Origin: an uncultured Thermoplasmatales archaeon | GTDB lineage: Archaea > Thermoplasmatota > E2 > UBA202 > DSCA01 | Direction of reading: 5' to 3' | NCBI GenBank assembly: GCA_964514975.1 | Contig: CAZESS010000019.1 | Span: forward strand, 1-47,061 | DNA length: 47,061 bases | Notes under the pieces: model-generated | What the model was told of the DNA's origin: nothing | The model's input: the letters and a program-made list of their open reading frames with translations, nothing else | The model's database searches: none | Shown here: positions 36,161-45,234 of the stretch, one piece after another | Layout: each line of letters begins with the position of its first letter | Position numbering within the stretch: the stretch's first letter is position 1 | Program-made: the position numbers and the translations under genes

Positions 36161-37702
36161 ATGCATAATGCGGTTGGACGCGACATTCCGGAAGAGATAG
36201 CCGGGCGGACGTTGCAGCCCTACCAGGGGGCGTTTGCCACCCGTCCGTCAGGGCGGCGATATGGCCCGCCTCTCAGAGCCACCTATCCCTCGGACAGCAA
36301 GCTTCTCGGCTCCATCAGGGAGGCCATCAAAAAAACGGGAATCGAGAGCGGCGACACGATATCGTTCCATCATCACATGCGGAACGGTGACGCGGTGGTC
36401 AACATGGTGGTGCAGGAGCTGACCCGGATGGGGATCCGGGACATCACGCTGGCGCCGTCGGCGCTGTTCCCCGTCCACGAGCCCCTCGTCGGCCACATCA
36501 AAAACGGCGTCGTCTCGGCCATCCATGGCAGCATGAACGGCCCCGTCGGCGCCTTCGTATCGGAGGGCGGCAAGCTCAAGGAGCCCAACGTGCTGCGCTC
36601 CCATGGAGGTCGCGCTCGCGCCCTGGCGTCGGGCGACCTGCATGTCGACGTGGCGTTTCTTGCCGCTCCGATTGCCGATGACTACGGGAACTGCAACGGC
36701 TGCATGGGTGACTCCGCGTTCGGGGCGATGGGGTTTCCCTATGCCGATGCGATGTATGCCGACAGGGTTGTCGTGGTGACGGACAACCTGCAGCCCTACC
36801 CGGTGGCCCCGATTTCGATTTCGCAAACCTGGGTCGACCACGTGGTCGAGGTTGACTCCATCGGCGACCCGAGCGGCATCAAGACCGGGACGATGGAGAT
36901 TACGAAAAGCCCGTCGCGGCTGCTGATGGCCGAGCACGTCGTGCAGCTTCTCGCCGAGATGGACATGCTCGTCGATGGGTTTTCCTTCCAGGCCGGGGCG
37001 GGTGGCACCTCGCTGGCGGTCACCAAGTTCCTCCATGACTACATGCGTGAGCATGGCATCGTCGGCAACTTCGTCATGGGTGGCATCACCGGGTTCGTGG
37101 TCGACATGCTCGAGGACGGCACCATCAACACCATCCTCGACGCGCAGAGCTTTGATTTAAGGGCAGCCGAGTCACTCCGCACCAACATGGCTCACATGGA
37201 GGTGCCCCATGTCATGTTCGGCGACCCGCACACTGGCGGCTGCATCGTCGACCGGCAGGACGCCTGCTTTTTGGGAGCCACCGAGGTCGACGTAGATTTT
37301 AACGTCAACGTGAACACCCATTCCGACGGCATGCTGCTCCACGGCATCGGCGGGCATCAGGATGCCGCCTCGGGCTCCGAGGTCACGGTCATCCTCGCGC
37401 CGCTCATCCGGGGGCGTATCCCCGTCGTCCGGGAACAGGTCACTACGGTGTCCACGCCCGGCGACGTCGTCGACGTCATCGTAACAGATAGAGGCATCGC
37501 CATCAACCCGGCCAGAGACGACCTGCTCGACATGGTGCAAAACACGGAGCTCGACATCGTCGACATCGAAACGCTGCGGCAGGAGGCGGAACACCTCTGC
37601 GGTACGCCGAAGCAGCCAAACCTGGGCGATGACATCATCGCGCTGACCGAGTACCGCGACGGAACCACGCTTGATGTGGTATACAGCGTGACGGGATGGT
37701 AG
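36161..37702 (+). CDS. citF: Citrate lyase alpha subunit (CoA/ACP-transferase) family
   Basis: NAVGRDIP, TISFHHHMRNGD, RSHGGRARA, FQAGAGG, GATEVD..FNVNV, GGHQD, EYRDGT. Confidence 0.92.
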   Translation: MHNAVGRDIPEEIAGRTLQPYQGAFATRPSGRRYGPPLRATYPSDSKLLGSIREAIKKTGIESGDTISFHHHMRNGDAVVNMVVQELTRMGIRDITLAPSALFPVHEPLVGHIKNGVVSAIHGSMNGPVGAFVSEGGKLKEPNVLRSHGGRARALASGDLHVDVAFLAAPIADDYGNCNGCMGDSAFGAMGFPYADAMYADRVVVVTDNLQPYPVAPISISQTWVDHVVEVDSIGDPSGIKTGTMEITKSPSRLLMAEHVVQLLAEMDMLVDGFSFQAGAGGTSLAVTKFLHDYMREHGIVGNFVMGGITGFVVDMLEDGTINTILDAQSFDLRAAESLRTNMAHMEVPHVMFGDPHTGGCIVDRQDACFLGATEVDVDFNVNVNTHSDGMLLHGIGGHQDAASGSEVTVILAPLIRGRIPVVREQVTTVSTPGDVVDVIVTDRGIAINPARDDLLDMVQNTELDIVDIETLRQEAEHLCGTPKQPNLGDDIIALTEYRDGTTLDVVYSVTGW

Positions 37703-38196
37703 CGCAGCGCTGGCTGGCGGTGGCCGTCATTGCCATCGTTGTGGCGGCGGGCGCCGCCGCTGGATTTGTCTACTATCGTGATGTCTCCGCCATCCGGGAT
37801 GTCGAGGTCACCGTCACCGATGCATCGCTGCCCGACAGCTTTCTCCTTGAAATCGTCCGGAACCAGTCGGTCACCATCACCATCCACATAATGCTCCGCA
37901 ATCCATCGAGCCGGGATATCTCCGGGATGCAGACCGATTTCGACGTGTTCATCGGCAGCACCCGGGCTGGCACGGGCGGGTTTTCCGGTGTCGCCGTCCC
38001 CGCACATGGCAGCGCCGTGAAAACCATGAACGTGACGCTGTCGCTCACCGATGTCACCGCCGGACTGCTGGATGCCGTAAAGGAAAAACGGTTCACCGTC
38101 ACGCTGGACGGCCAGGTCAGCGGCGACGTCCTGTTCGGCCTGGCATCCTTCCGGCAGTCGTTCACCGCCGGCTACGCGTTTCCATCAGGCCGGTAG
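37696..38196 (+). CDS. LEA_2/WHy-like membrane-anchored protein
   Basis: N-terminal TM, RNPS motif, beta-rich VPAHGS pattern. Confidence 0.7.
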   Translation: MVAQRWLAVAVIAIVVAAGAAAGFVYYRDVSAIRDVEVTVTDASLPDSFLLEIVRNQSVTITIHIMLRNPSSRDISGMQTDFDVFIGSTRAGTGGFSGVAVPAHGSAVKTMNVTLSLTDVTAGLLDAVKEKRFTVTLDGQVSGDVLFGLASFRQSFTAGYAFPSGR

Positions 38197-39242
38197 CGGA
38201 GCAGCGCTGCCAGGTGACCGAAGTTTTCCAGTGCCTCGCTGTCGAGAAATTCGATGGCGGCGTCGGTTCGCTCAGCGAACTCGATGATTTCCTCGACCAT
38301 GTCGACCTTTGACATGGGGCTGCCGCAGTTGCTGCACGTGGTTGCTGTCCCGGGATGGACGAGCTGGCATCGTTCGCATATCCAGCCCGGCAGCCGGTAG
38401 CCTTTTTCGACGAGCAGCACCTCAACCTGGCCGTTGCGGGCCGCCCGCTGCACTGCCTCGGTGCCATAGGCGGCAAGGCCATCCGTCAGCACCTCTTTTT
38501 TGAGCCGTGCCAGTAGCTCGTCGTGGTGTCGCTGCTCGTGCGCCGTTGCCTCTGTGAGCGATGCGTCCAGCAGCGAGCGCTCGTCGTCCATCTCGGTGTC
38601 GATGACCGCCACGACCCGCTCCTGTACATGGCCGGGCAGCCGGTTGTACAGCTCGTTTTTTGCTTCTCCCGGCCCGGCGAGAATCAGCGGGCCGTCGGGC
38701 AGCTCCGCCGTGACATTGTCGAAAAAGCGGTTGATGGCACCCGTCCGGATGCGCTGGAAACGGGCCTGCGACCATCCGCCCTTGCTGTGCTTGCTCTGTA
38801 TCTGGGTTGACAGCTCATCCTGCACGGCGACCTCGCTGCATGACACGTCGTAGAGCCTCGCATGATGGTGGTTGAGCAGCAGCAGGGAGAACGCCCGCCA
38901 TTCATCGGCGAGGGCTGCCAGGGGACGGATGTAGGGCGAGGAGTCAACAATGAGCGCGTTGTCGGGCGACACGGTGGGCTGCATCGCGTACCAGAAGTCA
39001 TGGCGGTCGGAGGCAAATATGGCTCTGGGGCTGCCGTGCCCGTCGAGGTATGCATGTATCTGTTCCATGGTGGCGTCGAAGTTTTCTCGTTCTTCTCCTT
39101 CGAGTGCGCGCCGTATTTCTTTTGTCCGGCGGCGGAGAAATTTGTGGTCCTGGCCGTCGTGGTAGAGGCTGATGTAGGTGTTTCTGCTTTCCGGGTCATA
39201 TATCTCTGCGAGGTCGTGGAGTGCCTGGCTGCATGATGGCAT
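38172..39242 (-). CDS. aeRF1-superfamily release-factor paralogue (baeRF/VLRF1-like) with Zn ribbon
   Basis: YISLY, PYIRPL, KHSKGGWSQARFQR catalytic loop, LILAGPG, CERC/CSNC, C-terminal AALLRY. Confidence 0.85.
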   Translation of the reverse strand: MPSCSQALHDLAEIYDPESRNTYISLYHDGQDHKFLRRRTKEIRRALEGEERENFDATMEQIHAYLDGHGSPRAIFASDRHDFWYAMQPTVSPDNALIVDSSPYIRPLAALADEWRAFSLLLLNHHHARLYDVSCSEVAVQDELSTQIQSKHSKGGWSQARFQRIRTGAINRFFDNVTAELPDGPLILAGPGEAKNELYNRLPGHVQERVVAVIDTEMDDERSLLDASLTEATAHEQRHHDELLARLKKEVLTDGLAAYGTEAVQRAARNGQVEVLLVEKGYRLPGWICERCQLVHPGTATTCSNCGSPMSKVDMVEEIIEFAERTDAAIEFLDSEALENFGHLAALLRYRPDGNA

Positions 39243-39280
39243 GGATAAAAGAAGAACGGCCGGCTATTTAACGCTGCTCG

Positions 39281-39487
39281 TTAGGTCTGCCGGATTTGTT
39301 CGAGCCGCTGTTCCAGTTCGTCGAGCTGTTCGCGGGTTGCGTCGCGGAGCTCCTCGAGCCCTTCCGCGGTCTCGTCGTCGCATTGATCGAGCATGATGTT
39401 GAGCCGGGTGAGGCTTTTCTGTACCTTCGTGCGTTTCTCTCGTAGTATCTCTGCCTGTCTGGTCTGTGTCGACGCGGCCTGACCCAT
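39281..39487 (-). CDS. Small coiled-coil hypothetical protein
   Basis: 68 aa with heptad pattern; TATA-rich sequence upstream. Confidence 0.6.
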   Translation of the reverse strand: MGQAASTQTRQAEILREKRTKVQKSLTRLNIMLDQCDDETAEGLEELRDATREQLDELEQRLEQIRQT

Positions 39488-39532
39488 TGCTATATAGAGT
39501 ATATATACATATATATTCTTTGTGGTTTTTGT

Positions 39533-41158
39533 TCAGGTGAACTGGTCCAGGCTGGCCTGCCCCGACAGCTCCCCGCCCCCGGACGCCATGCCTCCATCGT
39601 CCGCATCCCCCTGATCCGGCTGCCCCTCCGATACAGGTGATTGCTCGTCCGCAGGGTCATTGAGCTCCCGCTGCAAACGGAGTATCTGCCGGTACATCTT
39701 TTTCTCCTTGTTCTTGCTGCTCCAGTAGTAGGCCTCATCACGCGAGTCTTTCATCACCAGTATCACGACGTTGCCGGGCACGCCGTCCCGGGCCGTTCGG
39801 CCGCGCCGCTGGATATGCCGAATCGCTGACGGCACCGGCTCATAAAACAGGACGAGCGAGGTCGCCGGAATATCGATGCCTTCCTCGCCGATGCTCGTCG
39901 ACACCAGCACGTTGAACGCCCCGGCGGCAAAGGCATCCAGGGTTTCCTTCTGCTCCTCCTGGCTCATCCCGGTATCGCTGCCCCCGGACTGGCCGACAAA
40001 CTTGCGCGCCTCGACCCCATCCATCATGTTGAGCTCCCGGGTCAACAGGTCGATCGTGTCACGATATTCAGCGAACACCATCACCCGTCCATCTGGATGC
40101 CCCCGAAAATGCGAGGCCAGCAGCTCCCTCGTCTTCTCCAGCTTCGGCTGCGCCGCATCCGTCGACAGAATCTCGCTGCGGATGGCACGATACAGCTTTT
40201 TCTTCCGAATCTTGCCGGCGGCCTTCGAATCATCGAGCTCGATCTTCGCGAGGTAGTTCTCAGCCGAATCGATGCCCTGGCTGGTCAGCATCTCCTTCAA
40301 ATGCGCCAGCTTAATCGTCGCCGACACGAGGCTAATAGCCGCATACAACGTCCCGCCCCGCTGGCCGAGCTGACCGCGCATCCGCCGCTGAATGTCGATG
40401 AGCACCTTCTTGCTGAGCTTCTCCGCCTTCAGATACCGGGCCTGCTTCGTATGCTGCTTCAACTCCGCCAGAAACTCGTTCAACAGCGCATCGATCCGCC
40501 GGGCGATATGCTTCACCTCCTGCGGCATCTCAATCGGAATCCACCGCATCTCCCGCTGCGACAGATACGGCCGCACGTCGTCGTCACGCTCCGTACGCAC
40601 CTCCACATGCTCAATCCCCAGGTTGTCCGCCACCTCCACGAGCTTCTTATAATCGCTGCCCGGGGAGGCGGTCAGCCCCAGGGTCTGCGCACCCCGCTCC
40701 AGATAGCGCCGGGCGACCCCCACATAGGCATACCGGCCGACGGCGCGATGCGCCTCATCGAACACAACGAGCCGGAAATCACCGACATCCACCCCACGGT
40801 CGAGATCGTTCTCCACGCTCTGCGGCGTCGCCACGATGACACGCCCGCTCCGATACGCCGCCACCCGCTCCTCCGGCGAAAACTCCTCACCGGTCACCAC
40901 CACCACGTCATCCACCGTCGTCATCGCCGCGATGGAGGCGGCATGCTGCTCACACAGCGGCTTCGTAGGCGCCAAAAAAAGCACCCTGCCCCGCCGGAGC
41001 GTGTCAGCCAGCACCAGCACCGCAACGATGGTCTTTCCCAGACCCGTCGGCAGCACCACCAGCGCATTCCGATCCCTGACCGCCCGAAAAATATTCCACT
41101 GATATGCACGACGTTCAACTGCCCCATCCCTCACATACTCGAGATCAACATAGGTCAT
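39533..41158 (-). CDS. hef: Hef/FANCM-like helicase, helicase-only, with C-terminal PIP-box-like motif
   Basis: LPTGLGKT, PTKPL, DEAH, LTASPG, EEGIDIP, QRRGRTAR; ends QASLDQFT. Confidence 0.92.
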   Translation of the reverse strand: MTYVDLEYVRDGAVERRAYQWNIFRAVRDRNALVVLPTGLGKTIVAVLVLADTLRRGRVLFLAPTKPLCEQHAASIAAMTTVDDVVVVTGEEFSPEERVAAYRSGRVIVATPQSVENDLDRGVDVGDFRLVVFDEAHRAVGRYAYVGVARRYLERGAQTLGLTASPGSDYKKLVEVADNLGIEHVEVRTERDDDVRPYLSQREMRWIPIEMPQEVKHIARRIDALLNEFLAELKQHTKQARYLKAEKLSKKVLIDIQRRMRGQLGQRGGTLYAAISLVSATIKLAHLKEMLTSQGIDSAENYLAKIELDDSKAAGKIRKKKLYRAIRSEILSTDAAQPKLEKTRELLASHFRGHPDGRVMVFAEYRDTIDLLTRELNMMDGVEARKFVGQSGGSDTGMSQEEQKETLDAFAAGAFNVLVSTSIGEEGIDIPATSLVLFYEPVPSAIRHIQRRGRTARDGVPGNVVILVMKDSRDEAYYWSSKNKEKKMYRQILRLQRELNDPADEQSPVSEGQPDQGDADDGGMASGGGELSGQASLDQFT

Positions 41159-42111
41159 CGCCGTCTCCCCGCCACAACCATGGCAGCCAGCAGCGCCTCG
41201 ATCTGAATCCGCTCGTTGCTGCCCTCTACGATACGGAAATCCGCCTCCCCGATCTTCTCGACGAGATCCGCCTTCGTCTTCTCCTGCACCGGCAGATCAA
41301 ACACCGCGCCGTGCATCCCCTTCAACACGTCCTCGCCCGACAGCCCATACTCTATCAGCAGCATATCCAGCAGCTCACGCGCCTCCAAAAAATTGCCCTG
41401 CAGCGCCGTCTCCATCACCTTCTTCGCCTCTTCGGGCTTCGCCGTCGCGGTCGTCCGATAAATCGCCTCAGCATCGATATGCTCCGACAGCGTCCCCGAG
41501 GTCTGCAGCGCATTGATCGCCTTCCGGAGATCGCCGCCCGCCACATACAAAAGCGCCTCCATGCCACCCTCCGATACCTCCAGCCCCTCCGCGGCGGCGA
41601 TACGCTCCAGATACGGCCGCATCTCAGCGTCATCCAGCGGCGAAAACCGGAACACCACGCAGCGCGACTGGATCGGTTCAATAATTTTCGAGGAATAATT
41701 ACAGGAAAGAATAAACCGGCAGATGTGCGCATAGCGCTCCATCGTCCGGCGCAGCGCGGACTGCGCATCGCTCGTCAGCGAGTCTGCCTCATCCAGAAAA
41801 ATAATCTTGAACTCCGCGTCGCCGAGCGGCGCCGTGCGGGCAAAGTTCTTGATCTTACCACGCACGACATCGATGCCGCGCTCGTCGCTGGCGTTGAGCT
41901 CCTCGAAGTTGTCCCGCCACGCATCGCCATATATCTGCTTGGCCAGCGCGATGGCACAGGTGGTCTTCCCGGTCCCGGCGGGGCCCGCGAAGAGCAAATG
42001 CGGGATGCTGCCCGAGGCCGCATAGGCGCGAAGGCTGTCAACGATACCCGTCTGGCCGACGACGTCGTCAAGCCGTGATGGTCGATATTTCTCTGTCCAC
42101 AGGTCTCTCAT
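41155..42111 (-). CDS. rfcS: Replication factor C small subunit
   Basis: WTEKYRP, GPAGTGKT, ELNASDERGID, DEAD, SRC. Confidence 0.97.
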   Translation of the reverse strand: MRDLWTEKYRPSRLDDVVGQTGIVDSLRAYAASGSIPHLLFAGPAGTGKTTCAIALAKQIYGDAWRDNFEELNASDERGIDVVRGKIKNFARTAPLGDAEFKIIFLDEADSLTSDAQSALRRTMERYAHICRFILSCNYSSKIIEPIQSRCVVFRFSPLDDAEMRPYLERIAAAEGLEVSEGGMEALLYVAGGDLRKAINALQTSGTLSEHIDAEAIYRTTATAKPEEAKKVMETALQGNFLEARELLDMLLIEYGLSGEDVLKGMHGAVFDLPVQEKTKADLVEKIGEADFRIVEGSNERIQIEALLAAMVVAGRRR

Positions 42112-42407
42112 GCTCTATCCTTCCCGATGGCGCTGAGCTTCGACTCCATCGTTGCATCCTTGTCCCGGCGGTGGTCGACCCTGAGGTCGATGTGAATCCG
42201 CCGTGCTCCCATCTCCTCGATGGCCTCGTGCATCCGGGTGACGACGTCAAAGATGTCATCGAGCGACTCGGCCTGGATGCAGGTGGCCATGGCGCTGCTC
42301 TCATAGTCCAGCCCGCTGTCCACCAGCACCTCGAGCGCCTGCTTCACGTAGCGGCTGACAGACACGCCCTCTGAGGTGGGAAAAATGGCCACTTCGGCGA
42401 TTATCAT
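42108..42407 (-). CDS. MTH1187/YkoF thiamine-binding family protein
   Basis: MIIAEVAIFP, SVSRYV, MAT.I, RVDHRRDK; ATGA-coupled to rfcS. Confidence 0.88.
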   Translation of the reverse strand: MIIAEVAIFPTSEGVSVSRYVKQALEVLVDSGLDYESSAMATCIQAESLDDIFDVVTRMHEAIEEMGARRIHIDLRVDHRRDKDATMESKLSAIGKDRA

Positions 42408-42553
42408 ACATGGAAAAAACGACCAGGTTAATAAATGTTTCAATACCGCTATGGAAAGATCTCGTCCATTTTCACCGAAGGAGCCTCCGGATATTATGCC
42501 GTCCAGTGGCATGGTTTTTATATGGATAGCCCTTATTGTCATGGCGGTGCGGC

Positions 42554-43078
42554 ATGGATAAAAAAGTTGGGAGGCCTTTTGACGAGCAGGACGTGCTTAA
42601 CGAGCTGCTGCTCGACTGCCGGCGGAGCATCCGTACCATGGCATCGGCATGTGACAGGGGACGGCAGCAGGTATGGCGGCAGATCAAAACATTCGAGGAA
42701 GACGGGGTAATCTGGGGGTATACCGCGATCGTCGACGAGAGCAAGATCGGATGCACGCTGTACCTGGCGCTCATCAGGGGCGGACCGCCGCGGCAGGAGA
42801 TCGTCGACAAGATCATCGACCGCCACATGGATTTCAACCAGCCAGGGCTGGAGCATATACGCTTCGTAGACAGCCTGTTTCTCAACGGAATATTTGACTG
42901 GGCGATCGTGTTCGCCGCTCCGGGCATCATCGATGCGAAACGGTACTGCGGGTTCCTCGAGGTAACATATAGTGATTATATCGAGCAACTGGAGCTGATG
43001 GAGGTCATGTTTTCGGCGGCCCGCTGCGGACATATCAACCCGGATATCCAGAAACTACGTGATTTCGCGGTAGACTGA
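42554..43078 (+). CDS. Lrp/AsnC family transcriptional regulator
   Basis: RRSIRTMA...RQQVWRQIK.FEEDGVIWGYTAIVD HTH pattern. Confidence 0.85.
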   Translation: MDKKVGRPFDEQDVLNELLLDCRRSIRTMASACDRGRQQVWRQIKTFEEDGVIWGYTAIVDESKIGCTLYLALIRGGPPRQEIVDKIIDRHMDFNQPGLEHIRFVDSLFLNGIFDWAIVFAAPGIIDAKRYCGFLEVTYSDYIEQLELMEVMFSAARCGHINPDIQKLRDFAVD

Positions 43079-43271
43079 CAGGCGCTATCGGCAAGGATGG
43101 CAGCGCAACAGGGTGGCCTCTATGACAGATGGATATATTTATGGCGTTTTCAGCGCCATTTGTCACCGGTGATAATGACATACTTTTATATGCATAATTT
43201 TTATTAGAATAGTACAGGTGATTTTGAATATGGGAGGCACGCCCGCTATCACCTGAAAAGGGAGGTTGAAC

Positions 43272-44939
43272 ATGAGGCAAAAAAATCATAAAACGATGGT
43301 GGCGGTCCTGCTGATAGCGGCCATTTTCTTAGCGCCGCTATCAGCAGTAGACGACGGCGCAACAGATACGGAAAGCCCGACAGGTGGCATCGCCTTGGCC
43401 GCCGAGCAGCCGGCTGTCGAATGGGAATACACATATGGCGGCGACGAGTTTGACTATTTCCGCTGCATCCAGCAGACCAGTGATGGCGGCTACATTGCGT
43501 TCGGAGAGACGGAGCAAGACGACATGAACTATGCCTGGCTGCTGAAACTCGATGCAGACGGCAACGAAGAATGGAGCCTGGTCAACCATGACCTCAACGG
43601 CAGCGCCTACAACAGTGAAGACCTGGCGAACATGGTCATAGAAACAAATGATGGGAGCTTCGTCGCCTGTGGATACAGCATGGCATATTACAGCGAGTAC
43701 AGCATATGGTCTGGTGCAGGATACCTCTGGAAAGTGGACACATCAGGACAAACAGACTGGCTGAAACGATACCAGGTTATATCCGAGCCTGAAATGATAT
43801 TATCAATATTTCCCTTTGACATCATCGAGCTCGACGACGGCTACGTCATGGGCGGCCTGTCACTGGTGATAACTGATCCAGATACGGGAGCCTACACCCT
43901 CGATGGCGCCCTGATGAAAACCGACGAAAACGGCAACCTTGCATGGTACCAAACATGGGATGGCGGCAACGACTACGAAGCACTTCCCTCGCTCTGCGCA
44001 ACAGATGACGGCGGCTATTTCCTCTCAGGAATGAGCCAGACATTTGACAATTCAGTAGGAGCATGCTGGGCGCTGAAAACCGACAGCGATGGCAACAAAC
44101 AATGGGAGAAAATGTTCGACGGGCCCGAACTAGATTATAGCGCAGCCCGGGGATGCGGCCAGTGCACTGGCGGCGGCTACATCATAGGCGCCACCACCGG
44201 CTCATATGGCGCTGGAAACTGGGAAGTCTGGGTCATCAAGACCGACGCCACGGGCAATAAGGAATGGGATACAACCTTCGGTGGTTCGGGATACGAGCAA
44301 TGCTGGGGTATGCAGATACTGCCGGACGGCGGCTACGTGTTCGGAGCCGTGTACAACATGGCCGGGTACACTGGCACACAGGCCGACACATGGATCATCA
44401 AGACTGATGCCGACGGCAACGCGGAATGGAAATACCAGATAGAGGAGTCAGGAGTACAGCTCCCCGCCTATATCGCCCAGACAGCCGACAATGGATATAT
44501 CGCTGCGGGACGAACTGGAAACGCGGATTCGAAAAGCACCGACGCTTTCATCGTGAAAGTCGGTGCCTTCGACAACAATCGGCCCGACAAGCCCGCAACG
44601 CCATCAGGGCCTGCACGCGGAAAAACCGGCACCGAGCAGACCTATACATGCAGCGGCACCGACCCCGACGGCGACCAGCTCTACTTCAGATGGAACTGGG
44701 GCGACGGCAACCACAGCGAATGGCTCGGCCCCTACACCTCTGGGGACACCTGCGAAGCAACATATACATGGACCGTTGACGGCAGCTACACCATCACCGT
44801 CACCGCCATGGACGAGCACGACGGCGACAGTGACACATCCGACCCGCTGCCAGTGAGTATGCCCACATCATTCCGGCCATTCTGGACAACGCTCCTCGAA
44901 CGACTCTGGACGCTGCTGCAGCAATTCCTCGCCACATAG
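43272..44939 (+). CDS. Secreted beta-propeller repeat protein with C-terminal PKD domain
   Basis: Signal peptide; repeated QT.DGGYI / KTD.DGN..W blades; DPDGDQL...WNWGDG PKD motif. Confidence 0.88.
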   Translation: MRQKNHKTMVAVLLIAAIFLAPLSAVDDGATDTESPTGGIALAAEQPAVEWEYTYGGDEFDYFRCIQQTSDGGYIAFGETEQDDMNYAWLLKLDADGNEEWSLVNHDLNGSAYNSEDLANMVIETNDGSFVACGYSMAYYSEYSIWSGAGYLWKVDTSGQTDWLKRYQVISEPEMILSIFPFDIIELDDGYVMGGLSLVITDPDTGAYTLDGALMKTDENGNLAWYQTWDGGNDYEALPSLCATDDGGYFLSGMSQTFDNSVGACWALKTDSDGNKQWEKMFDGPELDYSAARGCGQCTGGGYIIGATTGSYGAGNWEVWVIKTDATGNKEWDTTFGGSGYEQCWGMQILPDGGYVFGAVYNMAGYTGTQADTWIIKTDADGNAEWKYQIEESGVQLPAYIAQTADNGYIAAGRTGNADSKSTDAFIVKVGAFDNNRPDKPATPSGPARGKTGTEQTYTCSGTDPDGDQLYFRWNWGDGNHSEWLGPYTSGDTCEATYTWTVDGSYTITVTAMDEHDGDSDTSDPLPVSMPTSFRPFWTTLLERLWTLLQQFLAT

Positions 44940-45234
44940 ACAACAGGGGTCAATACCACACAGCGGAGCCAAAAGAACGAGCGACGGGGAAGCAGTATGA
45001 CCCCCATTATCTTGCCTTTTCCTTCCCCGTCCTCTTTTTAACGCTGTGAAGGCAGCGGATGCTTTCTATTGGATTCGCGACGTTTCCGGTTTTCATTTTG
45101 TAACAAACGTTGCCGTCCGCCGGGAAGGTGCAGCGTCTCCAATACACCGATACGACACGCTAAATTATTTATATCATGACCCATTATAGTATAGAATGCT
45201 ATCAAAATGATAACAAATAGGTTTGAGCGGTAGT

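Noticed and set aside
39533-42111. Inteins in rfcS or hef (also lhr)
   Set aside because: Motif spacing and lengths are normal; no splice-junction motifs seen
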